Part shown: positions 12,549-33,199 of the stretch, piece after piece
Numbering within the stretch: position 1 is the first letter of the stretch
Layout of the letters: each line of letters opens with the position of its first letter
Origin: the human T2T-CHM13v2.0 reference genome, Homo sapiens
DNA: 64,000 nt
Assembly (NCBI RefSeq): GCF_009914755.1
Contig: NC_060930.1
Strand: one strand, 5' to 3'
Notes under the pieces: generated by a model
Seen by the model: the letters and a program-made list of their open reading frames with translations, nothing else
Database searches by the model: none
What the model was told of the DNA's origin: nothing
Translations under genes and position numbers: made by a program

Positions 12549-12833
12549 GTTAAATATTCAAAGATGTTCAAAAATATCATACGCACAGTCACCCAACCCC
12601 TTGCTGTTTATAAGCTGTTGATTAGAAATATATGATGCAGATATTTTGTGTATGCATATCTTTATTGCCAGGCCATGCAATGGACTATCAGTGTTCTCTT
12701 TACTACTGGCAAGAGTCATTAGTGTTGTTAAATCTAATCAGATTAGGCACAGAATTCCAAAAATCCCAGAATCAATTCAGAAAACACATCCTTAAAATTC
12801 TGTTCCTCTGGAACCACTTTCAGTACAAAATTC

Positions 12834-13359
12834 TATATTAGTCTGGGTTCCCTGGAGAAACAAAACCAATAGGATTTAAATATATATATATCATTGGCTC
12901 ACGTGATTATGAGTGCCGAGAAGTCTAAGGTGTATATTTGGCAAGGTGGAAACCCAGGAGAACCAATAGTAGAGTTTAGTTTGAGTCAGAAGGCCTGTGA
13001 ACCAGGAGAACAAACAGAGTAAGTTCCAGTCTGAGTCCTCTGAGACCCTGAGAACCAGAAGACCCATTGATATAAGCCACGGTCAGAGTTTAAAGACAGC
13101 AGACTGATGTCTAGCTGGAAAACCATCAGGCAGAGAAAAATAATTATTTCTTACTCATCTTTTTATTCCATTCAGACCTTCAATAGATTGGATGAAGCTC
13201 CTGCACATTAGGAAGATTCATCTGTTTTTACTCAAGCTACTGATTCAAATGTTAATCTCATCCAGAAACATCCTCACAGATACATCCAGAATAACATTTA
13301 ACCAAATCTCTAGGCACCCCATGGCCCACTCAAATTGATATGTGAAAATAACAAGCACA
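12834..13359 (-). mobile_element. MLT2 5' LTR of ERV-L provirus
   Basis: TATATTAGTCTGGGTTCCCTGGAGAAAC...TTCAAATGTTAATCTCATCCAGAAACA...AATAACAAGCACA; homologous to 6270-6674; abuts the PBS/leader. Confidence 0.9.
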
Positions 13360-13611
13360 ACACTCTTTTACAGTAATGTTTCTTAGATTAGCATAATAAC
13401 TGAAGAAAATACACTAAAAGTCACCTGACAAATTTAAAAACAATTTGCTCCTATACCTTCTAATGCCATTGATCTTTTAACAGAATGCCATTGACTTGCT
13501 ATAAAGAAACTAAATAGAGTGAAATGTAATTTGGTTCCTTTCAAGGTTTATTATATCTGTTGTAACTTTCCCTTTTCTATAAGCCAATTGGCTTAAAGAT
13601 TCATGGGAACT

Positions 13612-14342
13612 CTAGCTTCTCTAGTTCTTTTAATTGTGATGTTAGGGTGTCAGTTTTAGACCTTCCCTGCTTTCTCCTGTGGGCATTTAGTGCTATAAAT
13701 TCCCCTCTAAACACCAGAGATTCTGGTACATTGTATCTTTGTTCTCATTGGTTTCAAAGAACTTATTTATTTCTACCTTAATTTTGTTATTTATCCAGTA
13801 GTCATTCAGGAGCAGATTGTTCAGTTTCCATGTAGTTTTGAGTTCTAATTTGATTGCACTGTGGTCTGAGAGACTGTTACGATTTCCATTCTTTTGCATT
13901 TACTGAGGAGTGTTTTACTTCCAATTATCTGGTCAATTTTAGAATAAGTGTGATGAGGTGCTGAGAAGAACGTATATTCTGTTGATTTGGAGTGGAGAGT
14001 TCTGTAGATATCTATTAGGTCTGCTTGGTCCAGAGTTGAATTCAAGTCCTGAATTCCTTGTTGATTTTCTGTCTCATTGAGCTGTCTAATATTGACAGTG
14101 GGGTGTTAAAGTCTCCCACTATTATTGTGTGGGAGTCTAAGTCTCTTTATAGGTCTCTAAGTACTTGCTTTATGAACCTGGGTGCTCCTGTATTGGGTGC
14201 ATGTATATTTAGAATAGTTAGCTCTTCTTGTTGCATTGATCCCTTTACCATTATGTAGTGCCCTTCTTTGTCTTTTCTGATCTTTGTTGGTTTAAAGTCT
14301 GTTTTATCAGAGACTAGGATTGCAATCCCTGCTTTGTTTTTT
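13612..14342 (-). mobile_element. Inverted 5' segment of L1PA7-like element (ORF2 endonuclease region)
   Basis: Antisense ORF2 EN peptides ([25 protein letters not shown]); left TSD copy ATTCATGGGAACT at 13599-13611. Confidence 0.95.
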
Positions 14343-14345
14343 GGT

Positions 14346-17372
<3,027 letters not shown>

Positions 17373-17639
17373 AAAAATTCATGGGAACTGTATTGCTTTC
17401 TCATACTTGGACCCATTCAGTTTTAACGTGAAAAAATTTAACACAGTACCCAACCTACATAGCTGCTGACATCTACAAACCTCTCATACAATTCTTTCAT
17501 GATTCAGAAAGAAAGAATTAACTAGAAAAAACTCTCCTTATCTAAATTTAAACTCTCCATATTTAAAATTTTTAATTAATGATGTGGCATCAAAATATTC
17601 TAAACAGCTTCTTAGTAAAATATACAACTGAAGAAACTT

Positions 17640-17750
17640 CACACTGTAATCTCATTAATCCTATTACATAGATAGGGAAATTTAGACTTGTTGATGTTAA
17701 ATGTCTCCCAGAAGTCATAGGAATAGATAGTGGCAAAGCCAGGAAGGTGC
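17640..17750 (-). mobile_element. MIR fragment
   Basis: CCTATTACATAGATAGGGAAATTTAGAC..GTTAAATG..AGTGGCAAAGCCAGGA resembles the MIR core. Confidence 0.55.
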
Positions 17751-18887
17751 AGGATATGTAAACAAATCAAAATTAAATAAGCACACTATTAATTTTTTTA
17801 AAAATATATAAATAAAAGGTATCAGTTAAATATTTGAGCTACAGATGTTAAAACATAGTCTTATCTCTTACCTTGGTTAGGTCACTCCACAAAAAGGTGA
17901 CCTAACAAATTAAAGAATAAGAATATAAAACAAAATTTCATGTGACATTTGAGCCATGGAAACACCTAAAGCCAGAGAGAAATTGGTCATGATTTAATTT
18001 GAAGATAGGGAACTACAGGCACTGAAATTGAGAAATCAAAAATAGCTACCTTCAAGGAAGTAAATAAACTTTGTAATTCAATAGTATTTCCTTTACTACT
18101 GAATATAAAACAAAATGTAACCTACTTTATGTTACTATAATAGGATTGTCTAATGATAATTTTACTTCATTTTCATATCCTTTTTTTATCTCAAAACTTC
18201 CTAAAATACCTTGCAACTTTTAATTTATTAATTCATTCAAAAGTACATTCAGTCAGGTGAGGACCGTTAAGAATGCCCATTCACATTTTTGAGTGAATCA
18301 TCCCACTGAATTGAGACCCACTAATCAGCTCTCCACCTTTCACAAATAATATCTACATTTTTTAGAATATCTTGAACTCTATAGAATGATCCTTTATAAA
18401 AATAGATGAAAGAGATCAGAGTGTTAACTTGTGTATTTCACGTGGAAATCCATGCACAACTTGATCTGAAGTCATTTTTAAAAATGGTATTATGACTGCA
18501 GTCATTAGCTCTGTTTCTGGCTTTATTCCTTTGCCTTCAAGTTGAACAATGCCACTGTGTCATACAGACAGCTCATTTCCAACTCGCCTAGTTGTGCCAG
18601 TTAGAGCCAGCAGTTCAGCAACTCCAGCAATATATGTTTGTACTAGAATCCCTGACAATGTACTCCACCTTCTTTCTTCTTCTAACATCTGGTATACAGG
18701 ACTCATCTTTCTGAACAACAGTGTTAATCTAATACAGATGGCTCTATCATCTCATTTCTCATGGCATTCATTTTAATTTTGGTTGCTTAGGTTCATATAA
18801 ACCATGAAGACAGTTTTAAAGAGCATGTATATAATATCAATGGTACATCTATCTCAGTTACACTGGACTTAAAAATGCAAATTTGTT

Positions 18888-19789
18888 GAGGAGCCAAGAT
18901 GGCCGAATAGGAACAGCTCCGGTCTACAGCTCCCAGCGTGAGCGATGCAGAAGACCGGTGATTTCTGCATTTCCATCTGAGGTACCGGGTTCATCTCACT
19001 AGGGAGTGCCAGACAGTGGGCGCAGGCCAGTGGGTGCGAGCACCGTGCACGAGCCGAAGCAGGGCGAGGCATTGCCTCACCTGGGAAGCGCAAGGGGTCA
19101 GGGAGTTCCCTTTCTGAGTCAAAGAAAGGGGTGACGGACGCACCTGGAAAATCGGGTCACTCCCACCCGAATATTGCGCTTCTCAGACCGGCTTAAAAAA
19201 CGGCGCACCACGAGACTATATCCCACACCTGGCTCGGAGGTTCCTATGCCCACGGAATCTCACTGATTGCTAGCACAGCAGTCTGAGATCAAACTGCAAG
19301 GCGGCAGCGAGGCTGGGGGAGGGGCGCCCGCCATTGCCCAGGCTTGCTTAGGTAAACAAAGCAGCCGGAAACCTCAGACTGGGTGGAGCCCACCACAGCT
19401 CAAGGAGGCCTGCCTGCCTCTGTAGGCTCCACCTCTGGGGGCAGGGCACAGACAAACAAAAAGACAGCAGTAACCTCTGCAGACTTAAGTGTCCCTGTCT
19501 GACAGCTTTGAAGAGAGCAGTGGTTCTCCCAGCACGCAGCTGGAGATCTGAGAACGGGCAGACTGCCTCCTCAAGTGGGTCCCTGACCCCTGACCCCCGA
19601 GCAGCCTAACTGGGAGGCACCCCCCAGCAGGGGCACACTGACACCTCACACGGCAGGGTATTCCAACAGACCTGCAGCTGAGGGTCCTGTCTGTTAGAAG
19701 GAAAACTAACAAACAGAAAGGACATCCACACCGAAAACCCATCTGTACATCACCATCATCAAAGACCAAAAGTAGATAAAACCACAAAG
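18888..19789 (+). promoter_or_regulatory. L1 5' UTR internal sense/antisense promoter, CpG-rich, YY1 site intact
   Basis: YY1 motif CAAGATGGCCG at 18895-18905; about 900-bp short-form UTR (post-L1PA3 129-bp deletion type). Confidence 0.88.
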
Positions 19790-20805
19790 ATGGGGAAAAA
19801 ACAGAACAGAAAAACTGGAAACTCTAAAACGCAGAGCACCTCTCCTCCTCCAAAGGAACGTAGTTCCTCACCAGCAACGGAACAAAGCTGGATGGAGAAT
19901 GATTTTGACGAGCTGAGAGAGGAAGGCTTCAGACGATCAAATTACTCTGAGCTACGGGAGGACATTCAAACCAAAGGCAAAGAAGTTGAAAACTTTGAAA
20001 AAAATTTAGAAGAATGTATAACTAGAATAACCAATACAGAGAAGTGCTTAAAGGAGCTGATGGAGCTGAAAACCAAGGCTCGAGAACTACGTGAAGAATG
20101 CAGAAGCCTCAGGAGCCGATGCGATCAACTGGAAGAAAGGGTATCAGCAATGGAAGATGAAATGAATGAAATGAAGCGAGAAGGGAAGTTTAGAGAAAAA
20201 AGAATAAAAAGAAATGAGCAAAGCCTCCAAGAAATATGGGACTATGTGAAAAGACCAAATCTACGTCTGATTGGTGTACCTGAAAGTGATGTGGAGAATG
20301 GAACCAAGTTGGAAAACACTCTGCAGGATATTATCCAGGAGAACTTCCCCAATCTAGCAAGGCAGGCCAATGTTCAGATTCAGGAAATACAGAGAATGCC
20401 ACAAAGATACTCCTCGAGAAGAGCAACTCAAAGACACATATTGTCAGATTCACCAAAGTTGAAATGAAGGAAAAAATGTTAAGGGCAGCCAGAGAGAAAG
20501 GTCGGGTTACCCTCAAAGGAAAGCCCATCAGACTAACAGCGGATCTCTCGGCAGAAACCCTACAAGCCAGAAGAGAGTGGGGGCCAATATTCAACATTCT
20601 TAAAGAAAAGAATTTTCAATCCAGAATTTCATATCCAGCGAAACTAAGCTTCATAAGTGAAGGAGAAATAAAATACTTTACAGACAAGCAAATGCTGAGA
20701 GATTTTGTCACCACCAGGCCTGCCCTAAAAGAGCTCCTGAAGGAAGCGCTAAACATGGAAAGGAACAACCGGTACCAGCCACTGCAAAATCATGCCAAAA
20801 TGTAA
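19790..20805 (+). pseudogene. L1 ORF1p, 1-bp frameshift near 20440
   Basis: MGKKQNRKTGNS... split into ORFs 19790-20467 and 20464-20805; AGACACATATTGTC versus canonical AGACACATAATTGTC. Confidence 0.96.
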
Positions 20806-20841
20806 AGACCATCGAGACTAGGAAGAAACTGCATCAACTAA

Positions 20842-24696
<3,855 letters not shown>

Positions 24697-25740
24697 ACAA
24701 TGAGATCACATGGACACAGGAAGGGGAATATCACACTCTGGGGACTGTGGTGGGGAGGGGGGAGGGGGGAGGGATAGCATTGGGAGATATACCTAATGCT
24801 AAATGACGAGTTAGTGGGTGCAGCACACCAGCATGGCACATGTATACATATGTAACTAACCTGCACAATGTGCACATGTACCCTAAAACTTAAAATATAA
24901 TTAAAAATAATAATAATAATAATAATAATAGTAATAATAATAAAATAGCTCTGTGGACTCTGAAAAAAAAAAGAAAAGCAAATTTGTTAAGGGTCTGAGG
25001 CTAGCTGATGTGCTGATGTGCTGTTTGGTAGCTAGTTTTCTTGATAATAAACCTTTAGTCAGGAAATATACATTGTACACATATATACTGCAGAATGGAA
25101 ACTATGTTCTTATAGGTGATTGACTTATAATGTCTGCACTTCAAAGATGAGCTGGCATCAGGCACATTTCCCTTAACATTTTTTATATGTGCTGCATCAG
25201 AAAGGATTATTGATAAAATCTAAATTCACTTACACTTGAATTTGGTACTTGAGAACTGCAGATCAGTGTATCCACATAGTAAATACTAACCAAACATAAG
25301 CTTACTTAAAAAAAAAATCAAGTATTCACTGGACTAGAGAACTCTATTATCTATATAGAATTTGGATTTCCCTCCCAACCACTGACCCAACAATTATAAA
25401 TAAAACATTTTAAATGAGTCACTGCAAGCTCAACTTTATAGCTGAAGACAGGAAAGTATTACTTTCATTTCTTTAGATAAGTAACTCTACCTATACCCAT
25501 TTTTTAAATGAATGCAATGACTGTTGTTAGAGCAATATCTCACACTTGGTTGGTCCTAAAGCACTTACAATTTGAGGCTATTGGATGCAGAATTGAAAAC
25601 ACCTTTATATAATGAAGCAAATCTCAGTGGGACTGCATCTCACCTCCCTCTGCACTCATTTTGGCTCAGCTGAGCTCTTCCAAACTCAGAATAGCATAAG
25701 AAATGGGCCCAGTGCTTTTGCTAAAGTAGAAATCCTCATC

Positions 25741-27001
25741 TTTCTTTATTACACTTTAAGTTCTGGGATACATGTGCAGAACGTGCAGGTTTGTTACATA
25801 GGTATACACGTGCCATGGTGGTTTGCTGCAATCATCAGCCCATCATCTTCATTAGGTATTTCTCCTAATGCTATCCCTCCCCTAGCCCCCCAACCCCTGA
25901 CAGGCCACAGGGTGTGATGTTCTCCTCCCTGTGTCCATGTGCTCTCATTGTTCAACTCCCATGTATGATTGAGAACATGTGGTGTTTGCTTTTCTGTTTC
26001 TGTGTTAGTTTGCTTAGGATGATGGTTTCCAGCTTCATCCATGTCCCTGTAAAGGACATGAACTCATCCTTTTCTATAGCTGCATAGTATTCCATGGTGT
26101 ATATGTGCCACATTTTCTTTATCCAGCCTATCATTGATGGGCATTTGCGTTGGTTCCAAGTCTTTGCTCTTGTGAACAGTGCTGCAATAAACAAAAGTGT
26201 GCATGTGTCTTTATAGCAGAATGATTTATAATCCTTTGGGTATATACCCAGTAATGGGATTATTGGGTCAAATGGTATTTCTGGTTCTAGATCCTTGAGG
26301 AATCACCACACTGTCTTCCACAATGGTTGAACTAATTTACACTCCCACCAACAGTGTAACAGGATTCCTATTTCTCCACATCCTCTCCAGCATTTGTTGT
26401 TTCCTGACTTTTAATGATTACCATTCTAACTGGCATGAGATGATATCTCATTGTGGTTTTGATTTGCATTTCTCTAATGACCAGTGATGGTGAGCTTTTT
26501 TTCATGTGTATTGGCCACATAAATGTCTTCTTTTGAGAAGTGTCTGTTCATATCCCTTGCCCACTTTTTGATGGAGTTGTTTTTTTCCTGTAAATTTGTT
26601 TAAGTTGCTTGTAGATTCTGGATATTAGCCCTTTGTCAGAGGGATAGATTGCAAAACTTTTCTCCCATTCTCTGGGTTCACTCTGATGATAGTTTCTTTT
26701 GCTGTGCAGAGGCTCTTTAGTTTAATTAGATTCCATTTGTCAATTTTGGCTTTCGTTTTCATTGCTTTTGGTGTTTTAGTCATGAAGCCCATGCCTGTGT
26801 CCTGAATGGCATTGCCTAGGTATTCTTCTAGGATTTTTATGGTTTTAGATCTTAGGTTTAAGTCTTTTATCCATCTTGAGTTAAGTTTTGTATAAGGTGT
26901 AAGGAGGGGGTCCAGTTTCAGTTTTCTGCATATGGCTAGCCAGTTTTCCCAACACCATTTATTAAATAGGGAATCCTTTCCCCATTATTGTTTTTGTCAG
27001 G
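25741..27001 (-). mobile_element. 5'-truncated L1PA7-like element
   Basis: TTTAAGTTCTGGGATACATGTGCAGAACGTGCAGG antisense 3' end; ORF2 C-terminal peptide; TSD core AGAAATCC at 25728-25735 and 27002-27009. Confidence 0.94.
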
Positions 27002-27294
27002 AGAAATCCAAATTTTTAAAGCTGCAGCTTTTCTTGAGAAACATACTATTAAATCAGTAACATAGGGCTAGTATTCTACTTGTAATTATGAAGTAATAGC
27101 ATGTCCTGGGAGAGCTTGTTGCTTATAACAGATCAAAATCAAATAAAAAATAAAGAAAAAAAGACTTAATTGAAGATCTAGGGTCTGAAGGTATTATATT
27201 GTCTGGGATTCAGAAGACATCACATGGATTGATTATAAATACCAGGTTTCATTAAAAGAATGAGCCCCTGGAGAACATCTTTCCAAAAGGCAGG

Positions 27295-27648
27295 TGTTAT
27301 AGACTGAATGTTTATGTCTCCTCAGAATTTGTATGTTGAAATGTAATCTCCAGTGTGATTTGGAGGTGGGGAAATTTAGCTGGTGATTAAGTCCTGAGGA
27401 CAGAGCCCTGGTGAATGGGATTAGTGCCCTTATAAATGGGACTCCAAAGAGTTCTTTCTACCATTTGAGGACACAGCAAGAAGAACACCATCTTTGAACC
27501 CGAAAACTGGCCCTCACCCTATAGTGAGTCTGCTGGCACTTTGATCCAGGAATTCCCAACCTCCATAACTGTGAGAAGTAAGTTTCTGTTGTTTATAAGA
27601 CACCCAGTCTATGGTGTTCTGTTATAACAGCACAAGCAGACGAAGACA
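27295..27648 (+). mobile_element. MLT1A/MST-type MaLR solo LTR
   Basis: TGTTATAGACTGAATG..GAATGGGATTAGTGCCCTTATAAA..GAAGACA. Confidence 0.88.
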
Positions 27649-28140
27649 TGAGGAATATATTAGTTCATTTTAGAGTCATTCTTTCAACAATCCTTTACTG
27701 AGTAACCATTCTATATGTGAAGAAATTTCAAACAGCCCTAGCTTAAATATACCTTCTACTTTCCCCTATCTTTGATAAAAGTTTTGAAACTCCACCTTCA
27801 TGTACAATGAATAAAAGTTTAATATTTTTGTTTTGAACTGTTTGTTGGTAAGTATTGTTATATATTTTGAAATGGATTAGTAATTGGAGTAATTTTTTCT
27901 GTTTATTTCAAGTCAACATTTATGGTAAGCTAGACTTCTTGGATAAAATCTTCAAAAATTAATTTTAACTCTATATTAAAGGATTCATGCTAATTCTAAT
28001 AGTCCTAAATGACTTGAGGATTTATGGACTTGATAGTTTCTTGATACCTTACAGGAATTATAGACAACTTAGGAATTATCCTAAAAGTACTAAATAAAAT
28101 GATGGCACTCCCTTCCTACAGATCCACTTTAGAACATATT

Positions 28141-28373
28141 TAAGAGTGTGAGTTCTGGAGCCAGTCTTCCTGAGGTCAAATTCTGGCTCTACCACTGGTG
28201 AGCTGTGTGACTTTGGGCAAGTTATTTACCTCTTTCTGTTTCAGCTTCCTTGTCTATAAAATGAGGCTAATAACAGTGCCTGCCTCATTGAGTTGTTTTG
28301 ATGGTAGTGAGTTAACACACATAAAGCACTTAGAATAATGGATGGTACATAAAATACCCAATAAATGTGAGTT
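28141..28373 (+). mobile_element. MIR
   Basis: Core AGCTGTGTGACTTTGGGCAAGTTATTTACCTCT..CTATAAAATGAGG. Confidence 0.88.
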
Positions 28374-31300
28374 TTTAGTCTTTTCAACCCCATCTTCCCA
28401 AATGTGTACCTGAATGGAAGAAAGGTAGATTTTAAGGTCAGAACCAATTGTGTGGTGCTAGTTCCATTCTGCTGAGCAGCCTTGGACTGACCTAGGTTAG
28501 AGAACTTAAGAGTACCCCATTTGAAATCTGCCAGGCCACTTTTGCTTTAGTTTTCTCTTTCAGTTTGCTATTTTCCTCGATTTAAATGTCCTCAGATGGT
28601 AATTCATCATTCTGCCCATTCTTCTACCAAATGTGCCTCATAGTAATCACTTAACTCCAATATGCTCTGGGCACTGGAATCCTTGAAAATTAACTCCTTT
28701 ATGGATTCCTCTCTGAGTGCCTCATGGAACAAATTATACAGTAAAGAAATCAGTTGTTCACTGAATTTTAAATCCAGCAATTAATTTACTTAATCTCTAA
28801 CTATTTAGTTAGGCTTTATTGTTCACATTCGATGTGCTTGATCTTAAACTCTTCAGAAATAAAACTGAGGGAGACTGCAGATCAGTCTGGTTAATTTAGA
28901 ATATCCATAAGGCAAGATTCTATAAGAAAATACAATATATTATGTAAATTAAGATATAGCACAATTATTGTATATAGTTCAAATAAATAGAAAGACTAAT
29001 AATATATCTGATGCCAAGATTAACCTCATCTCCCTATTCATATTTTTTGACATGGAGTTATAATTTGAGGTTCCAGAGAGTGAAAAAATGTGGTATTCAA
29101 AGTTGCTAAATATTTCAGTATCAAATGGTTGGAAGGAAACTTGAGAAGTTATTTCAGGCCACATCTAAAATGTCCCAAGCAAATATAAATGTACATGAAT
29201 CTTAACCATTAAAGAAGCTCCATATCGCCACAGCCAGAATAAGAGAATGATAGCTCCATCAGACAAGGGAACTTCACTTTTTATAACATTTCCTGACTGC
29301 CCATGACTTTCACATGCTAAAGTTTGCCTTTTCAGATTTTTTTTTCCTATTGGCCATTCAATATTTCCTTGTTTTCATACTGATTATCTTTCAGAGTGTA
29401 GACATTGGATTTAAGATTGATTCCATTCTCTGAGAGTTCTGCAAAATGTATTCTGTTCTTCCTGATGCCCACTTGGAAACAGAGACACAGAAGTTTCTCC
29501 ACTTGGAAATGGAATAGAAAAGGATTGAGTATTACAAGGGACAATGTATTAGCCATGAAGAAGAGAGTTGTCCAAGATAAAATATTTTTATTTTATAGAG
29601 GATACTAAGTATAGTTGATACTTGAAGATTTGCTACTAGGTTGCAGCAGGTTCTTTTTCTCCCCTCCAGTTTAATTAGTTTAGAGTGATAAGAAGGAATT
29701 CCAAAAAGACGGCTGTGAAGATTTGTTATTTTAATTAGCCAAGTGTATAAAGAGGAAAACCATCATCTAACATGAAGAAAACTGAAGGCAACTTAAACAG
29801 TATCAAGAAGAGATAAGACCATCTCACCAACAACACTAGGCTAAATTAAGAGTTTTATTGGCTAATGCAGACTCATAAAACAACTGAAATGTTCTCGGTG
29901 TTTGTACATGAGAAAAGTGCTTTGCAGGTCTCCAATACTGATGTCCCTGCAAAGCAAACTATCTCATTGACCCTATGCTGAAGCTACTGGAATAACTTCC
30001 AATGGTAAGAAAAAACACCATGGCAACTGCCCAACATGTGTGCACTGTACATGCCCATTTATAAATGCCATACAGCATAAATACGATTTAAATGGGAGTA
30101 GAATAGAAGTAGAATTTATTATTGTGTTATCAAAGCAAAGCATTTAGAAGTAACTTGGCGTTTCTTATGGCTAGAATGTCAAATAGTTCACATGATCTAA
30201 ACTGAGATTTTATGTGCATAATTTTAGATTGATTATCATAGATATGTTTTTCATATTTGGCCCAGGTTTCCTTTGGCTCAGATGTTTTAAGTGCTTTGTG
30301 TGCATGGCTTCTGCTTTAACATTGTGCTGTGTCTATTTTGTGATCTGTTATTAGTATTATCAATTGGAACTCAGGCAAATTTTTACATAAAATGAAGGCA
30401 AGAAATGAAAATCGTCAATATCTTTTAACTGTTAACCCAGGCCTGAGGTAGTCTGCATATGCATCTGCTCTGCATTTCTAGAGATTGCTGTTTTTCTACC
30501 GTAGCTCCCTAATTACACCTTCTGGGAGACAGGAATTTGTACCATTTTGCCCTTCATTTGCATCATCACAGCAACTCTAGCCTTCATGTCCCTTTGCCTG
30601 GTAAGTTGCAGGGTTTTGGTTTCTGCACACTGATTATTCAGCCAGGCTCGCATCTCCTTGGAAGGCTCCAAGGACGTTGCTATTCTTCCTTCGGGCTTAC
30701 AGCACACACTTGAAAAGACCCATCTTGCCTTCCATCCTGCTCAAACAGTGGTGCAAGACATCCTCTCAGCCCAGTTTCACCTTTCTGAAGACTGGAGTAT
30801 GCCTACATAAGAGCTAAACGCACAGACATCTTGTTGAAGGCTGAATACAGCCTGGCATTCACTGGAGAGTTAACCCTTATGAAGCATGCCTTGCAGCTTA
30901 CCCATGGGTATGGCTTTCAGAGCAGGTTCATTATTTTCCTTATTTGCCAGAGGTAGTAAGGTATTCAGCGTCTGTCCTAGGGCTATAGGAGTGTGCTTTC
31001 TCAGTGTATGTATGTCTAGGGCATTTAATTAGCTACCTGTTTAAAGTGTTGCATTGATCATAAAAAGATGGTTAATCTAGAATATATATATATATATATA
31101 TGCTTATAAATTCCTACATGAAAGTTAGGTGAGACTGCTTTAAAAACTATGAAAGAACTAGCTGCAATTCTGAAGAAATCAGGTTGATGCAGTGCAAAAT
31201 GAAGTCTTCGGGGACTGTCAATTAATTATCTGAAAATTTACATAATAGCAATGGTTAAACTGGATGATTTAAATGAAACATTTAGATTGTTGTGGTTGTA

Positions 31301-31618
31301 TATACTATATCTGAGCAATTCATAGAACTCAAAGCAAAACGTTCATAAAAGCCACATGAAATCCAACTCCCTGTGGGATTTGGTCAGATATGATGTTCTT
31401 ACGGTTTGGTTTTTAGGTACTTTTCAGGTTGGAGAATTTTCCCACCAAATTCTACTTGACTAGAATAATTATTTTTGTATTACTGATCATAACTTAGGAA
31501 ACTTGTCTAATTTGGTTCAGTTTCAACTAACCATAAAACATATGTCCGGAAATTGCCTTCATCATTGATCAGACTGAGTAGGAAAGAATGAAAAGAGCCC
31601 TTTTGGCCTAAGAATTTA

Positions 31619-32012
<394 letters not shown>

Positions 32013-32139
32013 TTAATTTATACACAGTTCTAGTACACATTAAAGTAGCACTTTTGCAAAGAAAATATATAAATTAAGTATACTAAAACCTAATGCATTG
32101 TAATGATCTGTAATCACCATTTGGCAAACACACAATTCA

Positions 32140-32520
32140 TCCATGGTCAGAATGTGTGGCACCCCCCTACCCTTCTTGCCAACCCAGTTCACATGTTAAC
32201 ATCCTAATCCCTGAAGCGATGGTATTAGGAGGTGGGACCTTTGGGAGATGATTAGGTCATGCGGGTGGAGTCCTCATGAATGGGATTAGTACCCTTATAA
32301 AAGAAGTCAAAGATAGCTCCTTTTTCCCCTTCCACTGCAGAAGGATATGGCAAGGAGGCACCATTTATGAACTGGGAAATGGGTGCTCACCAGACACCAA
32401 ATCTGCCAGTGCCTTGATTTGATCTCAGACTTCCCAGCTTACAGAACTGTAGGAGATAACTTCCTATTTTTATAAGCTTCACAGTCTATTTTGTTATAGC
32501 AGCTCAAACAGACTAAGACA
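32140..32520 (+). mobile_element. MLT1A/MST-type MaLR solo LTR
   Basis: GGTATTAGGAGGTGGGACCTTTGGGAG..GAATGGGATTAGTACCCTTATAAAAG..GACTAAGACA. Confidence 0.87.
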
Positions 32521-33199
32521 TTATCATTTGGTGATGTATTTCTTAGAAGTTTCACTGAGATTAAGCAAACAGGTAACAGCAGAGAAAAACTGATTGCTTG
32601 AAGCTAACAAACTCTGAGAACATTTCAGGTGTTTGAAGACAGTTACTGAAGCCCAAATAAAGCTTTCCTTTTTGTGCTAGACACAATCTTTCTTTAAACT
32701 GTTATACTATGGGAACTTTCCTAAATATTTTGGCTTAAAATACAGTCTTTCTTTCATTAAGCCTTTGCGTTCTTTATCACATATTTGATTTTCTATAGAA
32801 TGAATTATCATTTTAAGTATATAATTTATAGCCATCCCAGGTAGATTATAAGCTCCTTATATAGAAGAACAGGGAGTTAGGTAGAGATAGAGAAAGACAT
32901 TCTATTTGCCTTCCAAAGGTAACTTTCTGGGTATACTGTCATCACTCTACATCACACAGATTAACCCCATACCTGGAGCTTGTTTAACTTTTTCTCAGAG
33001 ATTCGGGGTAGGACAGTGGAAAATCACTAGGTTTGGATTAAGTGATGTTAATTGCAGATTCATGAAAAAGTTTAGGAAACTACAGATGGCTAAAACCCAG
33101 AAATGAGAAGATACGTTGAATTCAAGATTTATATATCATTTTGAGAATTCATAATGTTAGTAAAGACATACCTACATATATCTCATGGTAAGAAAATTT

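Larger units (their letters stand above)
6675..12833 (-). mobile_element. ERV-L internal region (gag-pro-pol-dUTPase, no env), decayed
   Basis: Leader rc GAATTTTGTACTGAAAGTGGTTCCAGAGGAACAGAATTTTAAGG (decayed tRNA-Leu PBS); protease-like FQVLLDT..TLIPGDPK (ORF 10233-10421); [20 protein letters not shown] (ORF 9747-9989); LVHYIDDIML (YIDD at 9596-9607); dUTPase-like PLNWKLRLQPDHFGL (about 7420-7466). Confidence 0.93.

Noticed and set aside
18869-19787. Antisense ORFs in the L1 5' UTR (74 and 100 aa)
   Set aside because: Generic antisense frames of L1 UTRs; the real ORF0 is truncated by a stop at 19260-19262
25046-25061. AAACCTTTAGTCA matches the TSD at 5866-5880
   Set aside because: 13-bp AT-rich match with no extended homology; probably coincidence
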